This document shows positions 13,361 to 26,749 of a DNA stretch of 64,000 nucleotides, in pieces; the stretch's first letter is position 1, and each line of letters opens with the position of its first letter. The position numbers were made by a program, and so were the translations under genes. The notes below the pieces were generated by a model. It made no database searches. It was not told where the DNA came from and worked only from the letters and a program-made list of their open reading frames with translations. The DNA comes from Ginglymostoma cirratum. Lineage: Eukaryota. The stretch spans positions 5,046,086-5,110,085 of the forward strand of contig JAHRHZ010000040.1 in assembly GCA_024137785.1 (NCBI GenBank), in the 5' to 3' direction.

Positions 13361-14034
13361 TCAGAGTGCAATGCCAACTATCATTGTAATATCGCAGCAA
13401 GAAAACTTTGTGCTCAGGGACACATGCCTAATCATGGAGTGGACTAGGTTATATCAGCCAGCTGTTTTATTTGCTCTCTTAGTGTTCATTCACTTTGAGC
13501 CTACCTGGATGGTCACAGTATAACTTGACACTTGCCTTGCCTTACCTTTCTGTGCCTCGCCTGTCAGCAAGATCTACCAGACATTGCACTCTGAGATGCA
13601 TCGTTGATGTGCAGGAGTGTGTTATAAATGGATGGAAGATTTATTGTGAGGGTTCTCAGAGGATGGCCCATGTCAGATACTAATGTTGCTAGACATAGGT
13701 TGTATGAGCCTGATGCCATGAAACCATGAGCTGTTTGCGCCTGATGCTCAACTTGGATGTTATTTGAAGCAAATGGTGAGCTGAAGTCACTTTGACTTCC
13801 ATGTTGAAAATTCTCATCGTCCAGTTTGCTCACTGCGGGTGGTGTGATAGGAAGCTCCATTTGAAAGATCTAAATCTACAGTTAATAATGTTGTAAACAG
13901 ATAATTACTCCCTTCATAGGCAATTCAGCACTGCCTAGCAATTAGCTTATCCTGATACCTGTAATTTGGTTAAAAGATGCAGCAAGTTGTCCCTGATTAC
14001 CTGTTCTGTTTCTGATTATCTGCAAGTTGTTCCT

Positions 14035-14465
14035 GTATCACCACACATTTCTCCACATTGAACTTCATCCTCCAAGTATCTGCCCATAGCATCAATTTAT
14101 TTTAAATTCCCACACAATTCTCCTCACCATCCACAGTTTAAAACTCTTTCAACTTTTGTATCATCCACAAACTTTGAAATCTCCCCTTGTATGATCTAAG
14201 TTGCTTGTACATCTATCAGCAAAAGAAAGGCTCACAATGCCAACCCCAGAGAGCTCCACTAAAAACCTTTCCTCAGCCTAATATACACTAATTTGCCATT
14301 ACTCTCTATTTCCTATCACTCATCCAGTTTATATCCATATTAGCACTGTTGCTTTTATTCCACAGCCTCAAACTTTGCTGACAAACTTGTTGTATGGCAC
14401 TTTATTGTAAAACCTTTTGGAGGTTCATGTATACCACATCAACAGCCTTGTCCTCATCAATCCTC
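14035..14465 (-). mobile_element. CR1 RT fragment (inverted relative to 13090-13360); a CR1 3' tail follows on + at 14478-14537
   Basis: Reverse complement encodes SKFVDDTK and ...KFNVEKCV; aligns to 13113-13358. Confidence 0.75.
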
Positions 14466-14565
14466 AGCAATATAAATGGGATAAAGAAATGCTTGATGGG
14501 CTAAATGCCCAACTTCTGCTCTATATTTTATGGTCTTATTATTCATTATTATTATTATATTATTA

Positions 14566-14913
14566 TTAATTCACAGGGATGAGTCTGTGACTGGCCAGGC
14601 AGCATTTATTGCCTATCCCTAATTATTCAGAGGGCAGCTAAGAGTCAACCATATTGCTGTGGGTCTGGTGTCATGTGTAGGTCATACCAGGTAAGGATGG
14701 CAGTTTCCTTCCCAATGGACATTGGGGAACCAGATGGATTTTTCTCAGCAATTAACAATGGATTTATGGTATTCATTACAGTCTTAAGTCCAGATATTTA
14801 CCGAATTCAAATTCTACCATCTGCTGTGGTGACATTCAAACCAGGTCCCCAGAACATTATTTGGGTCTCTAGATTAACAGTCCAGCAATAAAACCACTAG
14901 ACCATCGCTCCCC
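14566..14913 (-). mobile_element. tRNA-headed SINE (LINE-B 5'+3' fusion) with (AAT)n tail at 14536-14567
   Basis: Reverse complement matches 6668-7008 along its length. Confidence 0.85.
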
Positions 14914-15059
14914 CTAAGGTCACAAAAGGGAAACTTGCCTATCAACAACTGAAATAATTTGGCTCAATGTAATGTCAGTAACATAATAAACCATTCTTCA
15001 TTACTCACAGAGTATTATCAGTCCTTAAGTCAGGTAACCAAATTGTTCATTAATAAGTA

Positions 15060-15350
15060 GATTTGCTTAAATAATTTAAAGAAGGAGGAGGCAGAGAGAC
15101 TAACAGATTTGGGGAATTCCAGAGCACCTCATCTATCGAAGACATGCTTGCCGATGGTGGACCAATAGAAATGGGGGATGTAATTAGCCATTAATGAAGG
15201 AATCTGGAGTTCTTAGAGTTCTGTTGTTCTAGAACATGTCTCAGAGATAAGGAGGGGTGAAACTATAGGGTAATTTAAATATATGGATGAGAATTTTAAA
15301 ATTGAGGCATTGACAGACTGAATATTAGTGTAGGTTAGCAAATGAAGGAG
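15060..15350 (-). mobile_element. Old L2-like LINE 3' fragment
   Basis: Reverse complement caatgcctcaattttaaaattctcatcc...cccctccttatctctg...ctctggaattcccc resembles L2 ORF2 C-terminus (QRxxFKIL...PxYL...LWNSLP). Confidence 0.55.
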
Positions 15351-16210
15351 AAATTAAGAAAACTATTGGAATTTTGCCATGTTCTGCACAGTTCTTTACA
15401 ATCATGATTAATTGTGAAAACAAGGTACTTACGAAATACTGCAGACAGAGGAAACTCTGGTGTATGTTTTCGGTGAACAATCAACTGCGGTGGCTATCCA
15501 AAATTGGAAAAATACTCCAACTGAAAATCTCACTTCACAATTTTGTAATTACATTTGTAAATGTAAAATTATACACACTATGTAGTATGTTTGTTAACTG
15601 ATTCAAAATGCCAATGGAAATGAACAGCATGGTTTTTTTTGACATATGAATCTAGCCTGCCAACACCCTTCAGGCAGGGTATAATCTCAACCTAAAAACA
15701 GGAGCATCAAAGCAGTTGCATTGTATCCATTTAACCTGTGAGTGGATATGAAACAATTAGCTAGGCTTTATTTCCTGAATCGAAGAAAAAGGTACTAAGA
15801 AGTAATGGACGTGATGAATTTACTTTATTTAAAATTTTGAAATACAATAACCAAAATAAATATTTACTTTCGTTTTTAAATATCTGAAGAAAAGCTACAA
15901 AATGACCAATTTTACAAACCTAGTTTGGTGCAATAGCTTTGCAGAGATTTTCAAAGAACGACTTTGCATGATTTTGCATCTGACAAACAAGCTAGCTGCT
16001 TGGATTGGGCCTAGATTCAGAAACTGCCGGAATATTAGGGGAGAACACTCCACGTAGTAGCAAATCAAGGGCTGTTTACAACTGGTTAAAAGAAAAGCAC
16101 CTTTTGAAATAATAGGCAACTTTCCACCTTTGAATTGATGTGAGTCTGATTACTGAAGAGAGCATATGCCATACATCACAATACCTACTCCAAGGCACCC
16201 CTTTAAAGAT

Positions 16211-16342
16211 AACAGAAATTTTCTGAAGCAGGGTCCTGACCCGAAATGTTAGCTTTCCTGCTCCTCTGATGCTGCCTGGCCTGCTGTATTCCTCCAGCTC
16301 CACACTGTGTTATCTCTGACTCCAGCATCGGCAGTTCTTACT
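16211..16342 (+). mobile_element. Solo Penelope terminal-repeat cassette (family A) with exact 14-bp TSD
   Basis: acccctttaaagat at 16197-16210 and 16343-16356; decayed hammerhead ctgaagcagggtcctgacccgaaatgtt. Confidence 0.88.
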
Positions 16343-16849
16343 ACCCCTTTAAAGATGTTGGTCTCAAAGCTGCTATATAACATGCAAGAGGGGTCAGAAT
16401 ACCAGGTTCCTTACTGTGCAGCATGAACATGTTCCAATGGCTCAGTGAAGTTCCAAAGAAAGCTGCCAAGACAAAAATGATCAGTATTTGTTTACCAAAT
16501 ATTTATGAGTACTGTAATGAAGAATCAAAACATCACATCATATCTGGTGCCTGAGCAAAATAGGCAAATAACTTTTCATCTCTTTCAAACATGTACATGC
16601 AAGTCATGAGATAAACTTCGACGCAGCCCTTTAGGTTGTGGCTATAAAACAATGTCAACAAATTGTAGGTGTATAATGTCTGCATTTCAATGGTAATAAA
16701 AACTAAGGTAGGTGAACCAATTCTCTATGATCTTGCCAGCAGCTTCATTACACGCACAGACATGCTCAGCACTTCATTTGAGGATAATCCTATTTTGATC
16801 TTTAAATTATAATTCCATGCAGAACTGTGTTTTTTTTTAGAAATCATTC

Positions 16850-17135
16850 ATATGTTGTGATGTCAATAGGCAGGTAAACACCTATTGACTATCCCTAATT
16901 TCTCTTGAGAAGGTGGTGGTGATCTGCTGCAATCCTTGAGATAAAGGCTCACCCAAAGTGCTGCTTGGGAGGGAGTCACAGGACTTTGACCAATTGACAA
17001 TGAGGGAATGGTAATATCATTCCAAATGAAGATGGCTTGTGGCTCAGAGTGTACACGAGCATCTGTCTGCTGCCCTTGTCCTTCGAGGTGGGAGAGGTCA
17101 CTGGCTTTGAAGATATTGTCTAGGGAACTTGGACA
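16850..17135 (-). mobile_element. LINE-B 3' UTR fragment
   Basis: Reverse complement of ccaccaccttctcaagagaaattagggatagtcaatagg and aggacaagggcagcaga. Confidence 0.75.
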
Positions 17136-17234
17136 ATAATAAAATCTGTTCACTGTAATTAACTTGCTTCAATTATTTCATTCCTTAATTTAAAAATTGC
17201 ATTTGTATTCATAGCCCCATTTCAAAAACTTTAA

Positions 17235-17866
17235 AATGATAACCAACAACCTGTCCTGGACCACCTAAGTTGATGTGACAGTCAAGAAGCCACAACAAGC
17301 TTCTTCTTCCTCAGGAGGCTAAGGAAATTTGGCATGTCCATAAAGATCCTCACCAACTTTTATGGATGCACCTTAGAAGACATTCTATCTGGATGCATCA
17401 TGGTTTGGTATTGCAGCTGCTCTGCTTAGTACTGTAAGAATCTACAGAAAGTTGTGAACACAGCCAGACCATCATGTAAGCAGACCTTCTACCCACTGAT
17501 TCCATCTACACTTCTCGTTGCCACGAAAAGGCAGCCAACATTAAAGAACCCTTCCACACAGGTTATAATCTCTTCTAACATCTTCCATCAGGCAGAAGGT
17601 ACAAAAACTTAAATACACATACCAACAGATTCACGAACAGATTCTTCCCCACTGTTATTAGACTTCTGAATAGGCCTCTCAATTTTCAAGTTTAATGCTG
17701 ATCTTACTTTTTGTACACCTTCTTTGCAGCCATAACTTTGTAATCCTTGTTCTGTTCAGTCACCCTATGTTCTTTGTGTTTTTGTGTGTTATGATTTGCT
17801 GTACTGCAAGCAAAATAAAACATTTCACTGTACTTAGGCACATATGACAATAATAAATGAAATCAA
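17235..17866 (+). mobile_element. Rex1/Babar LINE 3' fragment
   Basis: SWTT.VDVTVKK...FFLRRLRKFGMSIKILTNFYGCTLEDILSGCIMVWYCSCSA...LQKVVNTA; PSGRRYKNLNT.TNRFTNRFFPTVIRLLN. Confidence 0.85.
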
Positions 17867-18159
17867 AGTACTCAGGCTTATGTCAACATACAGAATGAAA
17901 TTTTCCACACAAAAAGGGAGGTTTTCAAATAGTAAAAACATAGGAGATTTCACTGACTTGATAGGTTGATAGCGCTCTCAATAGTTCCTGTCATGGTTAG
18001 CTTGACAGTTCCAATCAACCTAACGTTTCCAATAAGCTTATTCACTTGTTAATCTACATTTAAATCTACTTTCAACAATTCAAAGGGTATCTTATCTCTC
18101 CCAAAGGTCAACTCATCTCTCCCAAAAAGCAACTTGCCTGCCCTTAAACATAAATTGCC

Positions 18160-19300
18160 ACATCAATGGTTACGACAAAGGTGAAATCTCATATTCTAGG
18201 CATAATATACTGTCATGGACAAAAGATAGGTTGCTAACAAGAAACAGTGAATAAACACAAATGGATACTTTTCAGTTTTCATCATTTGAATATAAATTAG
18301 TGCCAGAGACCAAAGCTGTTTACATCTTATTTAAATGACTTGAATGAAAGAATTGGAAGTATGTTTGATAATTTTGCTAATAACATAAGGATAGGTAGGA
18401 AAATAAGTTTTAAAGACATCATGATGACATTATAAAATGATATTGAGTGGTTATAGGTGTGGGAAAGATCCAGCAAATGGAGTACAATGAGGGAAAATTT
18501 GAAATTGTACATTTTAGCTGAAAAAGTTAAACAGAAGCATGTTATTGAAATAATGAGAAATTGAAGAGCTCTGAGATGCAGAGTGGTTTGGGAGATCCAG
18601 TGAATAAGTCACAAGAGGATAATGTGCAGTAACAGCAAATATTAGAAAAGCTAACAGATTGTTATTACTTATTGAGAGGGGAAGTCTTTTTTTTAAGAAA
18701 AAGGAAGGTTATGCTTAATTTATGAAGTCACTGGTGAGATCACATCTGCAGACATGTATACAATATTGGTCACCTTATACACGGAAGGATGTAAATACTT
18801 TGACATTAGTTCAGAGATGGTTTACCAGTCTAATATCTGGAACAGATGTATTATCCTATAAGGAAATGTTGGATAGGATAGGCTTGTATTCATTAGATTT
18901 TAGAAGAATGAGAGGCAACTAGGTTGAAATATATGTGATACTGAGAGATCTTGATTGGGTAGATATGGGGAGAAAGTTTCTTCTGCTGTGTAAATCTAGA
19001 ACTAGGGGTCACTGTATAACAATAAAGTGTCAGACATTTAAAACAAAGATGAGGTGAAATATGCTCCCACAGAGGGTCATTAATATTTGAACTTGCTTCC
19101 TGAAAGTGCAGTAGAAATAGAATCCTTGAGCATATTTTAAGGTAGAGGTGGATAAATTCTTGGTAAGTACATGGTTCAAAGGTGGACAGAGGTAGATGGG
19201 AATGTGGATTTGGGATTACAAACAAATCAGTCATAATTATTTTAGATAGTGGAAAGAGCTCTTTCGGCTGAATGGCCTACAACCGCTCCTTGCTCGTGTT
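18160..19300 (+). mobile_element. Degenerate CR1 LINE 3' half
   Basis: KSLVRSHLQTCIQYWSPYTRKDVNTLTLVQRWFT...LYSLDFRRMRG; tail ggctgaatggcctac. Confidence 0.82.
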
Positions 19301-19351
19301 GTTATAAACATCATTTGCTTTTCATCAGATCTTGAAGTCATTGTTTAAATG

Positions 19352-20120
19352 CAACACAACCTGAACAACATCTAGGCTTGGTTGAAAAGTGTAAGTAACA
19401 TTCATGCCACATAAATCCAACAAATCCATCAAGACCAATCAACCACCGAACCTTGACATTCCATGTCTGAATACCCCACTGATAACTTCCTAAGGATTAC
19501 TACTGACCAGAAACTCATCTGGGACTGGCCTTATAAATTCAACTGCCACAAGAGTAGATTCAAGGTGAGGAATAATGCAGTAACTCACCTCTTGACTCCC
19601 CAAAGCCTATCCACCATTTACAAGAGACAATTCAATATATGATGCAATAGAAACCACTTGGCTGAATTAGTGCAGATCCAACAACACTCAACAAGCTTGA
19701 CACCATCCAGGACAAAGCAGCCCGTGTGATTGGCACCACACTATAGGCATTCACTCTCTCCACCACTGACACTTGGTAGCAGTAGTTTGTAAACTATCTA
19801 TAAGGTTCACTGTATAAATTAGCCAAAGACCCTTCGCAGTACCTTTCAAACCTATTACTACTTCCATCTAGAAGGACAAGGGCAGCAGATACATGGGAAC
19901 ACCATCAGCTGCAAGTTCCCCTCCAAGACATTCACCATCCTGACTCGGAAACATATTGCCATTCCGTCACTGTCACTGGGTTAAAATTGTGGAACTCCCT
20001 GCCTAATGGCATTGTAGTTAACTGGCACCAGTGGTTCATTACCATCTTCTCAAGGGCAACTAGGGAAGGGCAATAAATGCTGATCAGCCAGCAATGCCCA
20101 TGTCCGATAAGAGAAAAAAA
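19352..20120 (+). mobile_element. LINE-B 3' portion
   Basis: TTLNKLDTIQDKAARVIG; 3' end cttctcaagggcaactagggaagggcaataaatgc...gagaaaaaaaa. Confidence 0.85.
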
Positions 20121-20384
20121 ATGACACAAGTAAACTCTTCCAAATGAGTGCCAAGTAATATTCAAAAGGGTAGCCTATGTCTTCAAAGAACTCTAGCAGA
20201 TATAGATCTTCTCCTGAAAGGACTGAAGACCATGAGTTATTTTTTGACATCTCGTGAGAAAATTATGAGTGATTGAAAGTACCTGCACTTTAAAATATGT
20301 AGTTGACTTTGAAATCCATGAATGTACAAAGTGCCCCCAAACCCTACAGTTTGTGAGGGAGAAGTTTGAATCAGGTACCACTGT

Positions 20385-22495
20385 CTTATAATTGAGTAAA
20401 AGTAACTACAAAATCATCAGGGAGGACCTGGCCAGAGTCGATTGGAAGGGGAGAGAAGATGGTGAAGCAGCAATGGCAGTAGATTCTGGGCAATTTGGGA
20501 GGCACAGCACAAATTTATCCCAAGGAAGAATGAACAAACTAAAGGGAGAATGAGGCTGACAAAGGAAGTCAGGGACAGCATAAAAGATAAAAAAAATGAG
20601 GGAAGCCTTTAAACACTTGCAGAGGATAAAAAGCAATAAGGGGGAGAAGACGAAATATGAAGGTAAGCTAGCTAGTAATATAAAAGATTGCAATAGCCTT
20701 TTCAGATATCTAAAATGTAAGACTGAGTCAAGAATGGACATTGAGCTGCTGAAAAATAAGGCTGGAGAAGTGGAAATGGAAACTTCAATAGTGGAAGAAC
20801 TGAATACGTACTTTGCACCAGCGTCCATGGTGGAAGTCACCTGTAGCATATCAAAATTTCAAGAAAGTGAGAGGGTAGAGGTATGAGTAGTGGCCATCAT
20901 AAAGGAGAAGGTGCTGGATGGTCTGAAGGAGGATAGATCAACCAGACCAGATGGATTACATTCCAGAGTGCTGAAGAAGGTAGTTGAGGAGATTGTGGAG
21001 GCATTGGTGGGGATCTTTCAGAATCAATGGAGTCTGGGAATTCATAGATGACTGGAAGTCTTTAAGAGGGGAGGGAGGCAGAAGAGGGAAATTATAGGCT
21101 GGCTAGCCTGACCTCGTTGATATGATTTTAGAGTCCATTGTTAATAATGAGATTGTGGAGTAATTGGAAGTGCATGGTGAAATAGGGCTGCGTCAGCACA
21201 GCTTCATCAATGGGAAGTGATGCCTGACAAATCTGTTGGAATTCTTTGAGGAGGTAATAAAAAAGTTAGGCCAAGGACAGCCTGTGGGCATGATCTATTT
21301 GGATTTCCTAACGGCCTTTGACAAGGTGCCACGTAGGAGGCTACAAAATAAGATAACAGCCCATGATCTTCAGGACAAGGTATTGGCATGGATGGAGGAT
21401 TGACTGACAGGCAGAAAGCAGAGAATTGGAATACAGGGGTCTTTTTCAGGGTGGCAGCCAGTGACTAGTGGAGTTGCACATGAGTCCATGTTGGGATCAC
21501 AACAATTCATGTTATACATTGATGATCTGGATGAAGGAACTGAGGGCATTGTTGCTAAATTTGCAGATAGCATAAAGATAGGTGGAGGATTGGAGAGTGT
21601 TAAGGAGGTGGGGAGGCTGAAGAAGGACTTGGCCAAGCTAAAAGTGTGGGCAAAGAAGTGGCAAATGGAATATAATGTGGGAAAATGTGAGATTATGAAC
21701 TTTGATTGGAATAATACAAGCATAGATTATCTTCTCAATGGTAAAAGGCTTCAGAAATCTCAAGTGCAAACAGACTCAGAAGTCATGGTTCATGATTCTC
21801 TAAAGGTTAATATGCAAGTTTAGTTGGCAGTTAGAAAAGTAAATGCAAATGTTAGGATTAATTTTGAGAGGGCTAGAATCCAAGAGCAGGGATGTACTGT
21901 TGAGTCTCTTTAAGGCTCTGATCAGATGGCATTTGGAATATTGTGAGAAGTTTTGGGCCCTGTATCTAAGGAAGGAGTTGAAGATGCTGGTGTCGAAGGG
22001 GGTCCAGAGGGGGTTTCCAAGAATGATCCTAGGAAATGAAGATCTTGTTGTGTGAGGAACAGTTGAGGACTCTGAGTCTGTACTCAATGAAGCTTAGAAG
22101 GATAAAATGAAATCTCTTTGAAACTTACAGAATACTGAGCAGCCTGGAGAGAGTGGACATAGAGAAGATATTTTCACTAGCAGGTGAGGCGAAGACCCGA
22201 GATCACAGCTTCAGAATGAGGGGATGAGCCTTTAGAACTGAGATGAGGAGGAATTTATTCAGCCAGAGAAAGGTGAATCTGTGGAACTCATTGCCACAGA
22301 AGACTTTGGAGGTGAAGTCTTTGAGTGTATTTAAGACATGATAGATAATTTGTTAATGAATAAGGGGATCAAGGGCTATGAGGGGAATGCAGGAAAACGA
22401 GGTTGAGAAATATATCAGCCATGATTGAATTGTGGAACAGACTTGATAGCTCAAATTGTCAAATTCTCCTCCTGTATCCTCTAGCCTTTTGGTCT
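20385..22495 (+). mobile_element. CR1 LINE, 5'-truncated ORF2 (RT) and 3' tail
   Basis: YEGKLASNIKDCNSLFRYLK; YIDDLDEGTEGIVAKFADSIKIGG; WAKKWQMEYNVGKCEIM; LEYCEKFWALYLRK. Confidence 0.92.
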
Positions 22496-22625
22496 TGTTC
22501 TTCTCCTTCTCTCTGGCAGAAATGATGGTTGACAGTTGGATGATTGTAAATGCAAGATTTCATTCTTTCAAGCTCTTTAGCCACACTGAAGGGACAATCC
22601 TGAAAGTGCCTCCCCAGTTGCCTGA

Positions 22626-23660
22626 TGTTAAGAATTGTCATGTAGGCCAACAGCAAATTCAGTATTTGAATGCTAATGTAAATTGAGCAATTTTTTTTTA
22701 AAAATTCACAAAAAATTACTTATTCTAAGTTTGGGGTTTTGGTTTTTGAATTAGTAACCTGTGGATTTTCTGCATATCTGAAGTGAATTAACTTGAAAAC
22801 ATTTCTGCAGCCATGGTGAAAGCTTTTAAAACAACTCTTGAGGCATGGTTTCAGAGTGAATGGCTTTTGTTCTTTGCTAATCTGTTTTTTTGTTTGTTTT
22901 AGAGCATTTAATGACCCAGCATTGTAAATAACGGCGCCTCAAATTTTATTAGAAACCTCTGGAACTTGGCTTCTATTCAGCTTCAGGGAAACACCCATGG
23001 CTTCAAGAGGGAGACTTTCAGTTTTACTTTGAGTGAGGCAGTTCTGTTAAATTTTTTGATGAGGATGGTTGTATAGACCAGTGCTCCTGAGAAGGGTAGG
23101 ATATAGTGAACAGGGTCACTTTAGAGTGAAGAGTTACTGTTTGTCCAGACCAGAAGTGTTTCGATAGACCCCTCAAGAGATTATTTGATGCTGAGTATCT
23201 TTAAGATTGGATGTGTAATTGCTTTAAGAAGAAACTGCCAGCAGTTCCAATCTATAATAGAGGTTGGAATTGACTTAAGGTATTGAGGCATTAAATGCAG
23301 AGACTTTGTTTTGAGTTTTGAACAGGTGGTGTAGCAGAGCTCTGTTTTGGATACTGAACAAATTCCATTGTTATTCTTGTAGGCTATCATGGAGTGTTTT
23401 GGAATTAATGGGCTTATACCTTTTCTGATTAAAAATAGTTACTTTTTTGTTATAAATAAATGGTATGTTATATTCCATTTTATCTTCATTTATTTTGTTA
23501 ATAAACCACTTTTTTATTGTCAAGACAAGGGCTGCAACATTGTGTGTTTATGTTTCAGCAAGAGACCACTTTGTTCAAACAAAAACAAAATATCATCTCT
23601 AAAGGTTTCAGTCTGGGATGTGACTTATCAGTAATAATGCCAACTGAGATCGTAGCTCAA
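22626..23660 (+). mobile_element. Possible solo LTR (Gypsy-type)
   Basis: Starts TGTTAAG; T-rich; AATAAA at ~23500 followed by GT-rich U5-like tract; no paired LTR or clear TSD. Confidence 0.3.
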
Positions 23661-25914
23661 CAGCACAGATATGCCTGCATAGTCCTGTTAGAAGCATCAC
23701 CACATCAATGAATCTCAAGGCCAATGTTTACTTGAGAAGTTCAAACACTGAGTTGCTGGCAATTTTGCTCACATACTGATTTCCCAACACCCCTCCACCA
23801 TCTATAAGGCACATAGTATGACTGGAAAGGAGTAACTTGATCGTTGTGAGTTAAAATCATGATACTTACTACCTAATAGCATTGAGAGATTACCTTCAGT
23901 ACATAGACCACTGTGATTCAAGAAGATAGTTTATCATCATCTTATAGAGTTAGCCAATGAATACCAATCCTGTCACAGTTTCTATTTCCTGAGAATAGAT
24001 TTATAAAAAAATGTCTCTGTGTCAGTTGAGATTCCTACATTAGAAATATATTCATCTTTCCTAATCTGTGTTGAAATGGTGTCTTGGGCAGGATTTTAAT
24101 AACTATTTTTGCTAGGGCTAATCAATATTCCCTCCAAGTTATTAGCATTTATTTTATAACCTGAAATATCATCAAATACCTCTAAAGTTGGAAAAAGAGC
24201 ATAAAAGCAGTGAATGTCATCAGCTTTAAATGTTAAAGTACCATCTGCCAATAAAGCCATTTTACTCTCTCTCATAAATATGAATACCTTTGATCATATT
24301 ATCTTGTTTAATGTATAGTGCCAGTGTCTCAAGAAATAAAATAAATAGATAGGGAGCTAATGGACAGTCTTGTACTTCTTCAAAGGAAATCCTTTCAAAC
24401 ACAAACCATTACAACTCATAAAATAATACAAACCATTACATGAAATGTATATTCATTCTGAGAAATAACCAAAATAAAAGTGCAAGATAAGAAAATGTAA
24501 AAGCCCATTTGAAAAGCTCAATATTTTCCACAATATCTAAAAATCTAAATCATATTGAATATTCAGTTTGTCTGTAACATCAACAATGTTGATTTAAAGT
24601 CTTATATTGCTGCCAAAACTGCTCCCCTGAAGCTAGCTTAACAATTATACCCTATTTCCCTCAACAGGCATTAACAAATCCTGCACTACTATTACTGGCG
24701 AAATGGAATATGGTGATAAGTTGATGTGCTAATAATGGCCTATTCAACTTTGTCAGAAAATTATCAAACGGCAGCACACTAGCAATAAAAGCTGAACACA
24801 ACAGAGTGGATGTTGATTTTGTGTGACAGTGTAAAACAAGTGACACTGATTCAGCCTCTCATTTTACATCTCATCTAATATGCCCAAATATTTCTAAATA
24901 TTCTTTTTAACAAGTTTAAACGTTTTATTTAAAGCAAACACTGGTATTCTCTGGAAACAGTAATTTCATCTAAATTTCAACGTTGTGAGTTTCTACCAGG
25001 ATGTATTGTTTGACAGATTTCCAGACTAATCCTAAACCATGAGTCATTTGAGTTCCACATGCATCAATTTTAACAACTGGAGCAAGGAAACAATCCCTTG
25101 TCACAGTTACCTGTATTGGATTAATAAAAGGATTAATATCTTAAGCACCACCCATTATGAGAATGTCATATGGACTTGGTGGGAGAACAGCTCAAGAATT
25201 CAACGAGGTAAGACTTACTGTTCAGGTCTTCCTTATGGTGTCAATGACAATGATGAAATCTTCCCATCTGTTAAATGGTGTGGGCAATGGTGAGGAGTGT
25301 TGGAAAACACAGTGAGACTGAAAATTTCTGATAGACAAACTCCAGTTTTCCCTCTGAAAGTTTCAACGGCTAGATGATAAAATGGTGAACACTTGATTTT
25401 CATGCATTTTTATCTTACTATTAACTAGTCCTATTTCTTTATGTGCAGTTTGTAATTCTCCCATGCATTAGTGAGAAACTAGATGCTGGAAATAACCAAC
25501 TTGAAAACCAGACCATATACCTAGTGAATGTAGTTCACCACTCCCTTCTCTGGGCCTTGATTTTCAGGTCTATTCATGAATCTCATGGCACTCTCCATGA
25601 GAAAAGACTGCCTCCATCTTTCATCCAAGAAGTCAACATCAGCAAAACACCAGCCTCTTTATATCTTCAAAGCCAGTCTCAGGTTAACTCAGGATTTCAA
25701 TACTGTACTCTGGAGCTCACCAGCATCTTACATTGCAGTGCTCCTGTCTGGTCACTTAATTTGCAGGCATACAGACCCATGTCATCAACCAGAGCAGGAT
25801 GCATCTCAATTTAACTTGCCTTATTTGTGTTAACTCACTTTGTGCCTACTTAGCTTTTGCAAAGCCACCCTTTTAAGAAGTACCCAGACCTGCACGCTGA
25901 GGGCTGTAAACTGC

Positions 25915-26022
25915 AAGGTTATGGGCCCTGTGTAAGAAGATGGGATCTCAGTGTCTATGGGTCAGTACAGACAAGATGGGCCAAATGGCATCCTTCTGTC
26001 ATGTATTATTTCTTTGGTTCTA
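25915..26022 (+). mobile_element. CR1/HER1 3' tail remnant
   Basis: ggttatgggcc...acaagatgggccaaatggc...ctttggttcta. Confidence 0.6.
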
Positions 26023-26342
26023 CGGACGTAGCATAAATACCTTATCTTGTCTTTTAGCACACTGTCAATTCAGCGAGCACTTTCAACTTCCCAGCATTTC
26101 TGACAACTTTCATCTTCACACAAAAAACGAGGCAGCTTGATATATGCTGGCGCTGAAGAGCGAAGGGAATGGATATGTTGTCAATGTCACACCTACAGCT
26201 CACACCAGCAGCTTAAGCAGAAAACATTTTGCATGGGCTTCAACTAAACAGCCTTTCCTGAAAGTCTAAAAGGAGTAGTATTTAGTGAAGTGGGACTACG
26301 CTCAGTCAGGGGGTGTCACCACATTTGGATCAAGATCATCTT

Positions 26343-26666
26343 CGGTGGCATGGTTGCTCAGTAGTTAACACTGCTGCCTCACAGCGCGAGTCTTGGGCAA
26401 CTATCCTTGTGGAGTTTCCTGTATCTGTATGGGTTTTTTTCTGGGAGCTCCTGTTTCCTTCTACGGTCCAAACGTGCAGTTTGGGTGGATTAGCCATGCT
26501 AAATTGCCCATAGTATCCACGAATGTGCAGGCTAGGTGGGTTAGCTACAGGAAATGAAGGGTTTGGTTACAGGGATAGAATGAGTCGGGGTGGGATGCTG
26601 TTGGGAGGGTTAGTATGGACTTGGTGGGCCGAATGGCCTGCTTCCACACTGTAGGGATTCTATGAT
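26343..26666 (+). mobile_element. HE1-like V-SINE (partly deleted head)
   Basis: ggtggcatggttgctcagtagttaacactgctgcctcacagc; gccatgctaaattgccc; tail gggccgaatggcctgcttccacactgtagggattctatg. Confidence 0.85.
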
Positions 26667-26749
26667 AATGTACTTTTAGAATTTAATGCCTTTCATATGT
26701 TAAATCATTGGTCTATTAGCATAAGAATGGTGATTTTTAAATCAAAGAT

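Noticed and set aside
24401-24441. 13-bp direct repeat acaaaccattaca
   Set aside because: Trivial slippage-scale duplication in AT-rich DNA
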